A DNA stretch of 62,755 bases, the filler included, from Sphacelaria rigidula (taxonomy: Eukaryota), in the NCBI GenBank assembly GCA_964200075.2. It is 9 parts of 9 records of this genome, joined end to end, with 100 filler letters (N's around TTAATTAATTAA, not from the genome) between each part and the next. Parts side by side here need not be neighbours in the genome. Positions count along the whole stretch, not along the records: positions 55,873 to 62,755 come from CAXNAA020017588.1; 8 more parts are not named here. One strand, written 5' to 3'. The notes below the pieces were generated by a model that was given only the letters and a program-made list of their open reading frames with translations, was not told where the DNA came from and searched no databases. The translations under genes were made by a program, and so were the position numbers. Of this stretch, positions 62,161 through 62,755 are shown in pieces; the first letter of the stretch is position 1; each line of letters starts with the position of its first letter.

Positions 62161-62242
62161 GTGTGTGTTGTGAGTTATCGTCCCATCTACTCTGGACGCC
62201 GGTCTACACCTTTCGGTATATGTGGGTGCACTAGCCAGGGTC
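62161..62242 (-). mobile_element. 3' fragment of the tRNA-SINE family
   Basis: TCTGGACGCCGGTCTACACCTTTCGGTATATGTGGG is the reverse complement of the SINE 3' end, with an AC tail. Confidence 0.75.
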
Positions 62243-62315
62243 ATTTGTTCTCTTTTTTGTTTGTTTTAGTTATCCTCCTTCCTTGTGCGATCTGGAGAAT
62301 GTATATTTTTAATAG

Positions 62316-62542
62316 ATGGTGGCAATAGACAAAACGTGTCCTGCGTGAAGTATAGGCCGTTTACCCCCTTTGCAGATAAAGTTAACCCTCGTACAGTCAC
62401 GGGTGGGTCGGGTCATGTGGGCGATAACGTTTTTCAAGTGACATTGATGCCGATTCAGCGGGTGACCTGTCCTGACGGTCAAACGCCAAGGCAAGTTGCC
62501 GTTTGCGATTTGCGAACGTTGGGATACTCCTCGAATTGGAAA
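62316..62542 (+). CDS. Putative exon, unknown gene
   Basis: TTTTTAATAG|AT...AAA|GTGAGT; 227-bp open frame (phase 1 to 0). Confidence 0.5.
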
Positions 62543-62755
62543 GTGAGTTAAACTACTCAGTGAGGTGATGAATAATATCCATGACACATGGAAGTAATAT
62601 GTAATATGTCCTGTCTCGGGGCCAGCAACTCTGTCAAATGATCCGTACACCATACTTTGAACAAGACCCCTTACCCCCCCCCCCCCCCCCCTCCCCCCCC
62701 CCCCCAACCGGCCCCCGACCAGACGCACACCACCAACTGACCCCGCAAAGAACCA

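Overview
This is repeat-rich eukaryotic nuclear DNA, most likely a brown alga (Phaeophyceae/stramenopile). That assignment is an inference from GT-AG exons, about 50% GC and the repeat types. The window is NOT one locus. It is nine contigs of almost identical, decreasing length (6885, 6885, 6884 x4, 6883 x3 bp) joined by 100-bp N44-TTAATTAATTAA-N44 spacers, so adjacency across spacers is artificial. Host genes appear only as spliced fragments: a CS/p23-domain (NudC-like) gene (7545-12111 +), an IQ-motif gene (35619-38963 +), a Pro/Thr/Ser-rich mucin-like gene with internal repeats (48890-55772 -), and several unassigned exons. The rest is a diverse transposon landscape. It includes an intron-containing Dada-type transposase relic (33074-34590), an intron-containing Sola2-type transposase relic (20955-23411), a LINE endonuclease fragment and a scrambled OTU-protease-like segment. 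Non-autonomous elements include hAT-like MITEs with 8-bp TSDs (one nested in another element), piggyBac-like TTAA mini-elements, several fold-back families, tRNA-derived SINEs and a ~42-bp hairpin tandem array. No CRISPR array, rRNA or intact tRNA is supported.
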